Assembly (NCBI GenBank): GCA_017616435.1
Contig: JAFZYC010000076.1
Span: 16,241 to 80,240, forward strand
Source of the DNA: Clostridia bacterium
GTDB lineage: Bacteria > Bacillota > Clostridia > Christensenellales > CAG-138
Direction: 5' to 3'
Length of the DNA stretch: 64,000 nt
Shown piece after piece: positions 21,125 to 29,869 of this stretch (its first letter is position 1; the number at the start of each line of letters is the position of its first letter). The translations under genes and the position numbers were made by a program. The notes below the pieces were generated by a model. The model had not been told where the DNA came from, made no database searches, and was given only the letters and a program-made list of their open reading frames with translations.

Positions 21125-21923
21125 TGCCGGATTTTTTAGCTGCGGCGTCCCGTATCGCCGCAGCCCCGCCGAGGCCGAAGCAGATCGAGGCGACCGCTCT
21201 GAAATACAGCCCGCGCTTTACAAAAAACGAAAGCAGCAAGAGCCCCGCTCCGACAGAAAAGTATCGGAACGCCCGTTCCCGCGTCAGCGCGAAAACCGCC
21301 TTGATATCGGGTTTTTTCAACAGTTCGGAATGCTCTTTTATGATCGCTTCCTCGGCCTCCTCCCGCGAGACGGGATAGAGCTCGAATATCCTTTCGCCGA
21401 GCCTTTGGGCGGGGGATACGACCTCGACCTTACCGGGAAGCGCCGCCATCACGGAACGCGCTTTTTCCGTCGGAGCTGCGGCAGTCACGACAGTCAGCGG
21501 ATACTCGCACTCCTTTATGAGCAGTAGCAGATCGTCAGCCGTGAGACTGTCCGCGCCGCGAAACACCTTGAGGCGATCCGTCCTATGTATCTCGTCAAGC
21601 GCGGGGGAGGGGTCGAGCAGCAGCTTGGTCTCCGCCGCGCGCAGACGCGCCTCCATTTCAAGCTTCACGATATGGCGCGCGTACCTTTCGCGGTCGATAA
21701 TAATACATGAGCAGAGTATTATCGAAAACGACGACGCCGTGACGAGCGCGGCTGCAGTTCGGTTTTTGAAATGCGGTCGGACAATTATCCAAAGCACCAA
21801 AACGAGTATCAGGAAAGCGAACGCCGTATCGATGACGAACGCCGCCCTGCGCCGCCCCTTTCGGAACGTTATCCTGAATAACCTGTTCAGCTCGCCGGCT
21901 CTTTTATCGCTTTTCGGTCCCAT
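21105..21923 (-). CDS. Hypothetical membrane protein (2 TM, soluble domain, 2 TM)
   Basis: 272-aa ORF with genome-typical codons. Hydrophobic helices occur near residues 30-50, 60-80 and in the last 60 residues. No family recognised. Confidence 0.5.
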   Translation of the reverse strand: MGPKSDKRAGELNRLFRITFRKGRRRAAFVIDTAFAFLILVLVLWIIVRPHFKNRTAAALVTASSFSIILCSCIIIDRERYARHIVKLEMEARLRAAETKLLLDPSPALDEIHRTDRLKVFRGADSLTADDLLLLIKECEYPLTVVTAAAPTEKARSVMAALPGKVEVVSPAQRLGERIFELYPVSREEAEEAIIKEHSELLKKPDIKAVFALTRERAFRYFSVGAGLLLLSFFVKRGLYFRAVASICFGLGGAAAIRDAAAKKSGTEKGRG

Positions 21924-21955
21924 ACCTCATTTCTTTCCGATTTTTGGAATCGCTA

Positions 21956-21984
21956 TTCACAAACCCGATAAAATGTTGTATAAT
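21956..21984 (+). promoter_or_regulatory. Candidate sigma-A promoter (TTCACA-17-TATAAT) 8 nt upstream of the nadD ATG
   Basis: TTCACA at 21956-21961, 17-nt spacer, TATAAT at 21979-21984. ATG at 21993 with no SD in between. Confidence 0.45.
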
Positions 21985-21992
21985 CATTTATT

Positions 21993-23177
21993 ATGAAGAT
22001 AGGTATATTCGGGGGTACTTTCGACCCGGTCCATCTGGGACATATATGGACGGCGCGATCCGTACGTGACGAGCTTGGCTTAGACAAGCTCTTTATGGTC
22101 GTTGCCGCGGATCCGCCCCATAAGCCGGATCCGGATCGTACCCCGGGTTCCGTCCGATACCGCATGCTCGAATCGGCCCTTCAGCACGAGCAGGGGATCA
22201 CAGCCTCCGACGTGGAACTGAAGCGCGAGGGGAAGAGCTTCACCGTCGATACCGTCGCCCATTACAAGGGTCAGTACCGCGGCGCGGAGCTGTTCCTTAT
22301 CGTCGGCGGCGACATGCTCGAAAACTTTCCCCTCTGGCGCGAGCCGGAGCGGATACTCTCCATGGCGAAGCTCGTCGCGGTCTCCCGCCCGGATGAGCGC
22401 CGCGACATGCGCGCGATCGCCGATTCCATCGAGGAACGGTTCTGCGGCCGTGTGCTGCTCTCGAGCTTCGACGGCCCGGATATCTCATCGACGGAGGTCA
22501 GGCGCCGCATGAGGGATGCGCTGCCCGTGGATATGCTCGTCGCAAGGCCGACGGAGCATTACATGTACACGAACGCCCTCTACATGCCCAAGGAGGTCGT
22601 CGAGATAAGATCGAGGCTTTCCAAACTGTTGAGGCGCAAGCGCCTCAACCACACGATGCTCACCGCGTGCGAAGCCGTGAAGCTTGCCGCCCGCTACGGC
22701 GTCGATACCGAAAAGGCGAGAACGGCCGCGCTCCTTCACGACTGCGTGAAGCTGCCCAACAAGGAGCTTCTCGAATACTGCTCGGAGCACTGCTACGATC
22801 TCACGGAGGAGGAGAAGAACAACCCGTATCTCATCCATGCCCGCTTAGGCGCCGTGCTTGCCTGTGAGGAATACGGCGTGACCGACCCGGAGATACTTCA
22901 GGCGATAAAGAACCACACGCTCGGCCGCGTGGGGATGAGCCTGCTCGATAAGATAATCTATGTCGCCGATAAGATAGAGCCCACAAGGGAGTTCGAGGGC
23001 GTGGACGAGATCCGCGACATAGCATATATCGATATCAACCGCGCCATGCTGCTCGTGATGCGGCATTCGGCCGAATACACCGTGATGAGCGGGCGGGCGA
23101 TCAACCCCTCCACTCAGGCGGTCATGGACTATCTTGAAAACGAAATGAGAACAAATACGGAGGATAATGATGTATAA
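21993..23177 (+). CDS. nadD: Fusion protein: nicotinate-nucleotide adenylyltransferase (NadD) plus HD-domain YqeK phosphohydrolase
   Basis: N-terminal GIFGGTFDPVHLGH (NadD). The C-terminal half has HD-domain features (LNHTMLTACEAV..LLHDCVK..) as in B. subtilis YqeK. A single uninterrupted 394-aa ORF. Confidence 0.85.
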   Translation: MKIGIFGGTFDPVHLGHIWTARSVRDELGLDKLFMVVAADPPHKPDPDRTPGSVRYRMLESALQHEQGITASDVELKREGKSFTVDTVAHYKGQYRGAELFLIVGGDMLENFPLWREPERILSMAKLVAVSRPDERRDMRAIADSIEERFCGRVLLSSFDGPDISSTEVRRRMRDALPVDMLVARPTEHYMYTNALYMPKEVVEIRSRLSKLLRRKRLNHTMLTACEAVKLAARYGVDTEKARTAALLHDCVKLPNKELLEYCSEHCYDLTEEEKNNPYLIHARLGAVLACEEYGVTDPEILQAIKNHTLGRVGMSLLDKIIYVADKIEPTREFEGVDEIRDIAYIDINRAMLLVMRHSAEYTVMSGRAINPSTQAVMDYLENEMRTNTEDNDV

Positions 23178-23583
23178 CGATATTTTCCCCAACGAGATCG
23201 AGCTGCGCATAAGAGCGGAGGAGAGGGAGCAGGTGATAAAGCTGCTCGACATCCTCGATAACAAGAAGGCGACCGATATCATCGCGATCGACGTCGCGGA
23301 CAAGACCATAGTCGCCGACTGGTTCGTAATATGCAGCGGCACGTCCGTTATCCAGGTCAAGGCCATCTGCGACGAGGTGCTCGAGAAATACCCCGAGGCG
23401 GGGCTCACTCTGCGCCGCAACGAGGGCTATACCGAGGGAAGATGGATCGTGCTCGATTTCGGATATGTGCTCCTGCACATCTTCTATCCTGAGGAAAGGG
23501 AGTATTACAATATCGAAAGGCTGTGGACAGACGGAGCGAATGAGGTCATCCGCTGGCCGCTGAAAGCCGCAGAGGATAAATAA
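23167..23583 (+). CDS. rsfS: Ribosome silencing factor RsfS
   Basis: KKATDIIAIDVADKTIVADWFVICSGTSVIQVKAI.. is characteristic of RsfS/YbeB. Tandem ATGs at 23167 and 23170 follow GGAGG. Overlaps the nadD-yqeK stop. Confidence 0.85.
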   Translation: MMYNDIFPNEIELRIRAEEREQVIKLLDILDNKKATDIIAIDVADKTIVADWFVICSGTSVIQVKAICDEVLEKYPEAGLTLRRNEGYTEGRWIVLDFGYVLLHIFYPEEREYYNIERLWTDGANEVIRWPLKAAEDK

Positions 23584-25173
23584 ATGGCATACAGCGCATT
23601 ATACCGCAAGTTCCGCCCGGAAAGATTCGGGCAGATAATCGGACAGCCGCATATCACGACGATACTGCTCAATCAGATAAGGAGCGGCAGGGTCGCGCAC
23701 GCGTATCTGTTCTGCGGCAGCCGCGGAACGGGCAAAACGAGCACGGCAAGGATACTGGCAAAGGCCATCAACTGCCTTTCGCCGGAAAACGGCGAGCCCT
23801 GCGGCAAATGCGAAGCCTGCCTTTCGGAAAACAACGTCGACATAATCGAGATGGACGCCGCGTCCAACTCCCGCGTGGAGGAGATGAGGGCGCTCATCGA
23901 GCGCGCGGAGTTCGCCCCGCTCCATCTTAAGACCAAGGTCTATATAATCGACGAGGCGCACATGCTCACGAAGAACGCCTCGAACGCCCTTTTGAAAACG
24001 CTGGAGGAGCCGCCCGCGCACGTCGTGTTCATACTTGCCACGACGGAGCCGCAGATGCTCCCCGCGACGATAGTATCAAGATGCCAGAGGTTCGAGTTCC
24101 ACCGCCTCTCCGTATCGGATATGGTCGGATCGATGAAGCGCTCGCTCTCCTCAATAGGCGCCCATATAGAGGATGAGGGCCTCATCGCGATAGCGAGGGC
24201 CGCGGAGGGCGGCATGCGCGACTGCCTTTCGATAGCGGATCAGTGCCTCTCCTTCTGTGGGGACAACGTCTCCGCGGACGACGTAATGAGCGTGCTCGGA
24301 AGCGTCAACACCGGCTTTCTGTTCAAGATGGCGGACGCCGTCATCGCCTCCGACGCTGCGCAGGTCATGCGCCTCGTTGGCGACGTAGTCACGAGCGGCC
24401 GCGACCTCGGCGTGTTCGCGCTCGATATGGCTTCGCATTTCAGGGCGCTGCTTTTGACAAAGATCTGCGGCGACTGCAGGGACATACTCGACTGCACGGG
24501 CGAGATGATGCGCGACTACCGCGAGCAGGCCGCCCGCATATCAAAGGAGAGGGCGGAGCGCGCCGTGGAGGAGCTTTTGAAGCTCCAGCTCGATCTCAAA
24601 CTCGTGACAACTCCCCGCGCGCTTGTCGAGAGCACGATGCTCCGTATAATTCGCCCGCAGGACGAAGCCTCGTTCATAGCAATGAGCGACAGGCTCAACG
24701 AGCTCGAAAACAAGCTCAAGAACGTTTCGGCAGAGGCGATAAAGGCCGCATCGGCCGCGCAGCGTCAGCCTGAGCCGATCCGTGACGAGCAGCCGGAGCC
24801 CGCTCCGCAGAAGCCGGTGAAACAGGAGGCGCCATCGCCCGGCCTCGTTTCGGTACCGGACGCAACGCCCGATGGGGACGAGCTCTACTCCAGGCTGCAC
24901 GAAGCGCTGATGGACGCCGATCAGACCCTATACTTTGCGATAGAGACCTCACAGGCGCACTGGGTGGAGGACGGCGTGCTCCATATCTGCTTCGACGGCT
25001 TGTCGGCAAACATGTATGAATACGCGAATATGGCCTCGATGAGGCAGATAATAAACGATACCGCAAGAAAGACCATAGCTCCCGTGACTGTGGAGCTTGA
25101 GCTCAGGAAATACGGCGTAATAAAACAAAACACGGTCACCGAGCTGTTCGGCGTACCGATTGAGACAGAATGA
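23584..25173 (+). CDS. dnaX: DNA polymerase III subunit gamma/tau
   Basis: YRKFRPERFGQIIGQ, Walker A GSRGTGKTS, zinc module CLSPENGEPCGKCEAC. The ATG directly follows the rsfS TAA. Confidence 0.9.
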   Translation: MAYSALYRKFRPERFGQIIGQPHITTILLNQIRSGRVAHAYLFCGSRGTGKTSTARILAKAINCLSPENGEPCGKCEACLSENNVDIIEMDAASNSRVEEMRALIERAEFAPLHLKTKVYIIDEAHMLTKNASNALLKTLEEPPAHVVFILATTEPQMLPATIVSRCQRFEFHRLSVSDMVGSMKRSLSSIGAHIEDEGLIAIARAAEGGMRDCLSIADQCLSFCGDNVSADDVMSVLGSVNTGFLFKMADAVIASDAAQVMRLVGDVVTSGRDLGVFALDMASHFRALLLTKICGDCRDILDCTGEMMRDYREQAARISKERAERAVEELLKLQLDLKLVTTPRALVESTMLRIIRPQDEASFIAMSDRLNELENKLKNVSAEAIKAASAAQRQPEPIRDEQPEPAPQKPVKQEAPSPGLVSVPDATPDGDELYSRLHEALMDADQTLYFAIETSQAHWVEDGVLHICFDGLSANMYEYANMASMRQIINDTARKTIAPVTVELELRKYGVIKQNTVTELFGVPIETE

Positions 25174-25205
25174 CCCCCGATAAGGGTTTTGACCAGGAGG
25201 ATAAA

Positions 25206-26465
25206 ATGCAGCAGATTCAGGCGCCAAAAGGCACAAAGGACGTTACCCCGGCCGAAAGCCGCAAATGGCACTATATCGAAAAGACAATGCGCGATCTTTG
25301 CGCAGTTTACGGCGCGCGTGAGCTTCGCACGCCGATAATAGAGCATACCGAACTGTTCCTTCGCGGCGTCGGCGACACGACGGATATCGTACAGAAGGAG
25401 ATGTACACGTTCCTCGACAAGGGCGGAAGGTCGATAACCCTAAAGCCCGAGGGTACCGCGGGAATGGTGCGCGCTTTTATAGAGAACAGGCTCTTCAACG
25501 AGCCGATGCCTCAGAAGCTCTATTATCTCAATTCGCCCACTTTCCGCTACGAGAAGCCCCAGGCGGGCAGGTACAGGGAGCATCATCAGTTCGGCATCGA
25601 GACGGTCGGCTCCTACGCTCCGGAAACGGACGCGGAGGTGATACTTCTCGCGCTCACGCTCTTTGAGAAGCTCGGAGTCAGGGATCTTTCCCTGCACATA
25701 AACAGCATCGGCTGCCCCGAATGCCGCAGGGATTACAACGCCGCTCTTAAGGAGTATCTATCAGGGTATCTTGGCGAGATGTGCGAGACCTGCCGAGGCC
25801 GCTTTGAGAAGAACCCCATGAGGATCATCGACTGCAAGGAGCCCCGCTGCCGCGAGATAGTGAAGAACGCCCCCCGCACAATCGATTATCTCTGCGACGA
25901 CTGCAGGAAGCATTTCGAGGGAGTGAAGGCCTGTCTTGACGCCGCCGGCGCGGAGTACGTGCTCGATCCCGATATCGTGCGCGGCCTCGATTATTACACC
26001 GGTACTGTGTTCGAGGTCATCTCCAACCGCATCGGCGCGCAGGGCGCCGTCTGCGCGGGCGGCCGCTACAACGGGCTCATAGAGGAGCTCGGCGGGCAGC
26101 AGCTTCCCGCCGTAGGCTTCGGCCTCGGAATGGAGCGCCTTATCGCGGTCATGGAGACGAACGGCGTCGTCTTCCCGGACGATCCGGAGCTCGTGGTCTA
26201 TTTCGCCGCCAACGGCGAAGAGCCGAGGAGAAAGGCGTTCGCACTCGTTCAGCAGCTGAGAAAGGCGGGCGTTTCCGCTGAGTTCGATCACATGGACAGG
26301 AGCTTCAAGGCGCAGTTCAAGTACGCGAACAAGCTCGGCGCAAAGTACACCGTCGCGATCGGCGATGAGGAACTTGAAGTCGGTTCCGTCAAGGTCAAAT
26401 GCATGGCCGACGGTTCTGAGACGGAGGTCAGGCTCGACCGCCTCCAGGAGTATTTCAGGGAATGA
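25206..26465 (+). CDS. hisS: Histidine--tRNA ligase
   Basis: MQQIQAPKGTKDVTP.., class II motifs, 420 aa. ATG 25206 follows AGGAGG (25195-25200). The 25170 start overlaps the dnaX end. Confidence 0.92.
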   Translation: MQQIQAPKGTKDVTPAESRKWHYIEKTMRDLCAVYGARELRTPIIEHTELFLRGVGDTTDIVQKEMYTFLDKGGRSITLKPEGTAGMVRAFIENRLFNEPMPQKLYYLNSPTFRYEKPQAGRYREHHQFGIETVGSYAPETDAEVILLALTLFEKLGVRDLSLHINSIGCPECRRDYNAALKEYLSGYLGEMCETCRGRFEKNPMRIIDCKEPRCREIVKNAPRTIDYLCDDCRKHFEGVKACLDAAGAEYVLDPDIVRGLDYYTGTVFEVISNRIGAQGAVCAGGRYNGLIEELGGQQLPAVGFGLGMERLIAVMETNGVVFPDDPELVVYFAANGEEPRRKAFALVQQLRKAGVSAEFDHMDRSFKAQFKYANKLGAKYTVAIGDEELEVGSVKVKCMADGSETEVRLDRLQEYFRE

Positions 26466-26480
26466 CAGCGATATGAGCGT

Positions 26481-26516
26481 AAAGGCCGGGGAAGACCCCG
26501 GCCTTTCTGTTTTTGC
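26481..26516 (+). terminator. Rho-independent terminator after hisS
   Basis: AAAGGCCGGGG (26481-26491), loop AAGA, CCCCGGCCTTT (26496-26506), followed by a T-rich tract. Confidence 0.75.
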
Positions 26517-26576
26517 TGTTTCCAAAAACAAAAGAGACCGATCGCTCAGTCTCCTTTATGGGCGAAAAAAGGTGTC

Positions 26577-26948
26577 CTACCGGACCTCCCCGAGCCATGC
26601 CGCGATATCATCGATATCCTTCTCGGTAACGTTGCCGTTCGCGTAGAACGCTCTGACAAGATCCGAGACCGAAGCGCCGGGCTCACCGTTGAACAGATGC
26701 CCCTTTGTAAGAGCTATGTATTCCGCACGGGTCACGCAGGGAACGTATTCGAAGCTCCTGACACGTTTACCGACCATCTCTATGAAGCCTTTCATATGGA
26801 GGCGATTAACGAAGGTCTGTACTGTCTGGTATGTCCACTTGTTTTCACCGATAGTCTGCCAAACGTCCTTGATCGTGGTCGGCTTGTCCGCTTCCCAGAT
26901 CTTGGTCATGACTTCGAGCTCAGCCGCCGACACGTCCTTGATTATCAT
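26577..26948 (-). CDS. BlaI/MecI/CopY-family winged-helix transcriptional repressor (no adjacent sensor gene)
   Basis: MIIKDVSAAELEVMTKIWEADKPTTIKDVWQTIGENKWTYQTVQTFVNRLHMKGF matches the penicillinase-repressor family pattern. ATG at 26948. Confidence 0.75.
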   Translation of the reverse strand: MIIKDVSAAELEVMTKIWEADKPTTIKDVWQTIGENKWTYQTVQTFVNRLHMKGFIEMVGKRVRSFEYVPCVTRAEYIALTKGHLFNGEPGASVSDLVRAFYANGNVTEKDIDDIAAWLGEVR

Positions 26949-26971
26949 ACAGAAACCCCCTTCCGATAAAA

Positions 26972-26995
26972 TTACAATCATTATATAGCATGTAA
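26972..26995. promoter_or_regulatory. TTACA-N14-TGTAA dyad overlapping the blaI-family promoter -10 (candidate autoregulatory operator)
   Basis: TTACA at 26972-26976 and TGTAA at 26991-26995. BlaI/MecI operators are TACA/TGTA dyads. Confidence 0.45.
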
Positions 26996-27007
26996 ATTGT
27001 CTGTCAA
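26980..27007 (-). promoter_or_regulatory. Consensus sigma-A promoter (TTGACA-16-TATAAT) for the BlaI-family gene
   Basis: Minus strand: TTGACA (27007-27002), 16-nt spacer, TATAAT (26985-26980). About 30 nt upstream of ATG 26948. Confidence 0.6.
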
Positions 27008-27191
27008 GCATTTTTTTCACAATTTCGTTAATTTTATGTTAACACTCGCAGATTTCTCTATTTTTTCTATGATATTTTTATTTCAATGAAAACAAACCAT
27101 AAATATTATATACAATTACAAACAGGAAAAGCAGTAATTCTTTTTCAATTACAAAAACTAAGCTGCCCATTGGATAATTTAAGAATCGGTC

Positions 27192-28095
27192 TCAGCCGCC
27201 TATATCGCCCAAAAGCTCGGCGTATCTTAACGCCGCTTTTATGCGCAGTTCCTTCAATGCGGAGGAAAACTCAGTTCGCGAGGCGGAGGAGGAAGCCGCC
27301 TCACGGATAAAGCCGATGATATCCGAATAGTACCCGCTCACATGCGAGAGCATCGTGTTGAGCTCCGCCGCGTCCGCGATCCCGCTCGCGGCGTTCTGCG
27401 CGTTCAGACGGATCTCGGCGAGCAGGCCCTGCCCGTATTCGATGCTTCGCGTTTCCGCGTCGAAGTCGAGTGCGAGCGCGTCGAGCTCCGCGACGAGGTC
27501 GTACGAATATCCGAAAGCGGTCCTTACAGGGAGCAGCCTGTCTTCCGAAGCCGTGATCAAAAGCTCAACGCCCGAGCGGGTGAGCTTGAACACCGTGCAC
27601 GGATGGCCCTCGTCCGCAAGCCGTGCGCGGACGCTCTCGGCCGAAGCCTCGTCGGAGTATGCCGCCGCTATGAGCCTGAGGCTGCCGCTGTCGTCGTAAA
27701 CAAGGCCCGCGGCGCCCCTGGCTTTGAGCGCCTCGGCGTAAGGCGCGCAGCTCTCGGCGTCATCGAATATGCCCATCTGGAGCATATAGACCTCGAGCGC
27801 GGGCAGGCTGACGCTTGCCGTCTCGCCGGTCGGCGCCACCGTGGGGGAGGGGGTATCGGTCATTATCTGAGATATCCCGCCCGGAACGGTGGGAACGGGA
27901 GTGGACGCGAGCTTTCCCCTGCAGCTGTCGATAAGAGAATACGCCATGCTCTCCTTCAGTCTTTGCCCAGCGCCGGAGCCTAGCAGCAGGTATACCGCCG
28001 CCCCGAACAGAACAAGCAGCACGAACGCGCGCAAAGCGCCTCCGGAGGCGTTCCTTCTTCTCGCGGACGATCTTCTTCTGCGCCTTATCTCCATG
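27192..28095 (-). CDS. Membrane-anchored SPOR-like (peptidoglycan-binding) domain protein
   Basis: ATG 28095 follows AAGGAGGA. Arg-rich N-terminus, one TM (ALRAFVLLVLFGAAVYLLL), and a SPOR-like segment (VYMLQMGIFDDAESCAPYAEALKARGAAGLVYDDSGSLRLIAAAYSDEASAESVRARL). Confidence 0.55.
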
Positions 28096-28205
28096 CGGCT
28101 TCCTCCTTTCCGATCCTCAAAAAACGATATGACGCGCACACGCGCGATATGCCGCAAACCGCTTTTTCTGCGTTTCATCCCAAGCAATATACAGCCCCGC
28201 GAGCC

Positions 28206-28234
28206 TTGACCTTTATGCCCCTTTGCGATATAAT
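28206..28234 (+). promoter_or_regulatory. Candidate sigma-A promoter of the hut operon (TTGACC-17-TATAAT)
   Basis: TTGACC at 28206-28211, 17-nt spacer, TATAAT at 28229-28234. About 45 nt upstream of the hutH ATG. Confidence 0.55.
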
Positions 28235-28279
28235 AAAACAGTTGAACCAATAATTCAGAAGGAAGAAGGAAATTGAGCA

Positions 28280-29815
28280 ATGGCAGTTGTTATCGACGGC
28301 AGATCCTTAACGTTGGATGAGGTCGCCGCGGTCGCGCGCGGCTTTGAAAAGGTCGTAATGTCCGACGAGGCGAAGGCGAATGTCAATAAGGCGAGGGCCT
28401 ATGTCGAAAAGAAGCTTGAGGAAGGAGCCGTCATATACGGCCTCACTACAGGCTTCGGCAAGTTCTCCGATACTTTCATCCCCGCGGACGAGACGGCTCA
28501 GCTCCAGAGGAATCTTATTATCTCGCACTCCTGCGGTATGGGCAGCCCCCTTCCCACGGAGGAGGTAAGGGCCGCGATGCTCCTTCGCTGCAACGCCCTC
28601 TCAAGGGGTCACAGCGGGATAAGGCTCTCCACGATAGAGACCCTTCTCGCCATGCTCAACGCCGGCGTTCATCCCATCATCCCCGAGAAGGGTTCTCTGG
28701 GCGCCAGCGGCGATCTCGCGCCCCTTTCGCACATGGTTCTCGTAATGCTCGGCGAGGGCGAAGCGGAGTATATGGGCGTCCGCATGAGCGGTAAGGAGGC
28801 CATGGCTAAGGCCGGCATCCCCACGATAGAGCTTGCCGCAAAGGAGGGTCTTGCCCTCATCAACGGCACGCAGATAATGACAGCGATAGGCTCGCTCTGC
28901 ACGATAGACGCGCTCGATCTCATGAAGACCGCCGATATCGCCGCCGCAATGACTGCGGAGGCGCAGCTCGGCATAAAGGCAGCTTTCGACCATAAGGTGC
29001 ACGACGTCCGCGGCCATCAGGGTCAGAAGGACGCCGCCGAAAACCTTTTGAAGCTTCTTGAAGGCTCCGAGCTCGCTCTTCGCACCCAGCCCGATAAGGT
29101 TCAGGACGCCTACGTTATAAGGTGCGTCCCGCAGATCCACGGCGCCAGCCGCGACGCGATCAATTACGTCAAGGCCGCAGTCGAGCGTGAGATCAACGCC
29201 GTTACCGACAACCCCATCATATTCCCGGATGAGGACGAGGTCATTTCCGGCGGCAACTTCCACGGCCAGCCCATGGCGCTCGCGTTCGATTTCCTCGGCA
29301 TCGCGGTATCTGAGCTCGCGAACGTTTCCGAGCGCAGGACGGAGCGCATGGTCAATCCCGCTCTCTCATTCGGTCTTCCCGCGTTCCTCGCGAAGCACGG
29401 CGGAGTCAATTCCGGCTTCATGATCGCCCAGTATTCGGCCGCCTCCATGGTATCCGAAAACAAGGTCTACGCCCATCCCGCGTCGGTCGATTCGATACCT
29501 TCCTCCGCAAATCAGGAGGATCACGTCTCCATGGGCACCACCGCCGCAAGGAAGGCGCGCATGATCCTCGACAACGCGCAGAAGGTGATCGCGATAGAGC
29601 TCGTCACCGCGCATCAGGCGCTGTGGCTCAGGAGCGAGGAGGGCAAGGGGCAGATGGCTCCCGCTACGAAGGCGGTCTATGATCTCATCGACAGCCGCAT
29701 CCCCGCAAACGAGGTCGACGTCGTGATGTATCCCAATCTCGCCGCCGCCGATGAGCTCATCAAGGCGCACGCGATCGTTCCCGCAGCGGAGGCCGTCTGC
29801 GGCGAACTCAAATGA
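28280..29815 (+). CDS. hutH: Histidine ammonia-lyase
   Basis: MIO-forming GASGDLAPLSHM motif. 511 aa. Confidence 0.92.
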   Translation: MAVVIDGRSLTLDEVAAVARGFEKVVMSDEAKANVNKARAYVEKKLEEGAVIYGLTTGFGKFSDTFIPADETAQLQRNLIISHSCGMGSPLPTEEVRAAMLLRCNALSRGHSGIRLSTIETLLAMLNAGVHPIIPEKGSLGASGDLAPLSHMVLVMLGEGEAEYMGVRMSGKEAMAKAGIPTIELAAKEGLALINGTQIMTAIGSLCTIDALDLMKTADIAAAMTAEAQLGIKAAFDHKVHDVRGHQGQKDAAENLLKLLEGSELALRTQPDKVQDAYVIRCVPQIHGASRDAINYVKAAVEREINAVTDNPIIFPDEDEVISGGNFHGQPMALAFDFLGIAVSELANVSERRTERMVNPALSFGLPAFLAKHGGVNSGFMIAQYSAASMVSENKVYAHPASVDSIPSSANQEDHVSMGTTAARKARMILDNAQKVIAIELVTAHQALWLRSEEGKGQMAPATKAVYDLIDSRIPANEVDVVMYPNLAAADELIKAHAIVPAAEAVCGELK

Positions 29816-29869
29816 TTATGATCGGGGGCAGTTTCTGCCCCCGTTAAATGTACAGAAAGGAATTAAGCT

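Noticed and set aside
23500-23600. SRP RNA (scr/ffs) upstream of dnaX, as in Bacillus, and the dnaX programmed frameshift
   Set aside because: rsfS abuts dnaX, leaving no non-coding space. No A AAA AAG slippery heptamer was seen in dnaX.
27086-27310. 74-aa ORF starting in the AT-rich island
   Set aside because: It has no SD, runs antisense into the 3-prime end of the SPOR-like gene, and translates to a basic low-complexity sequence.
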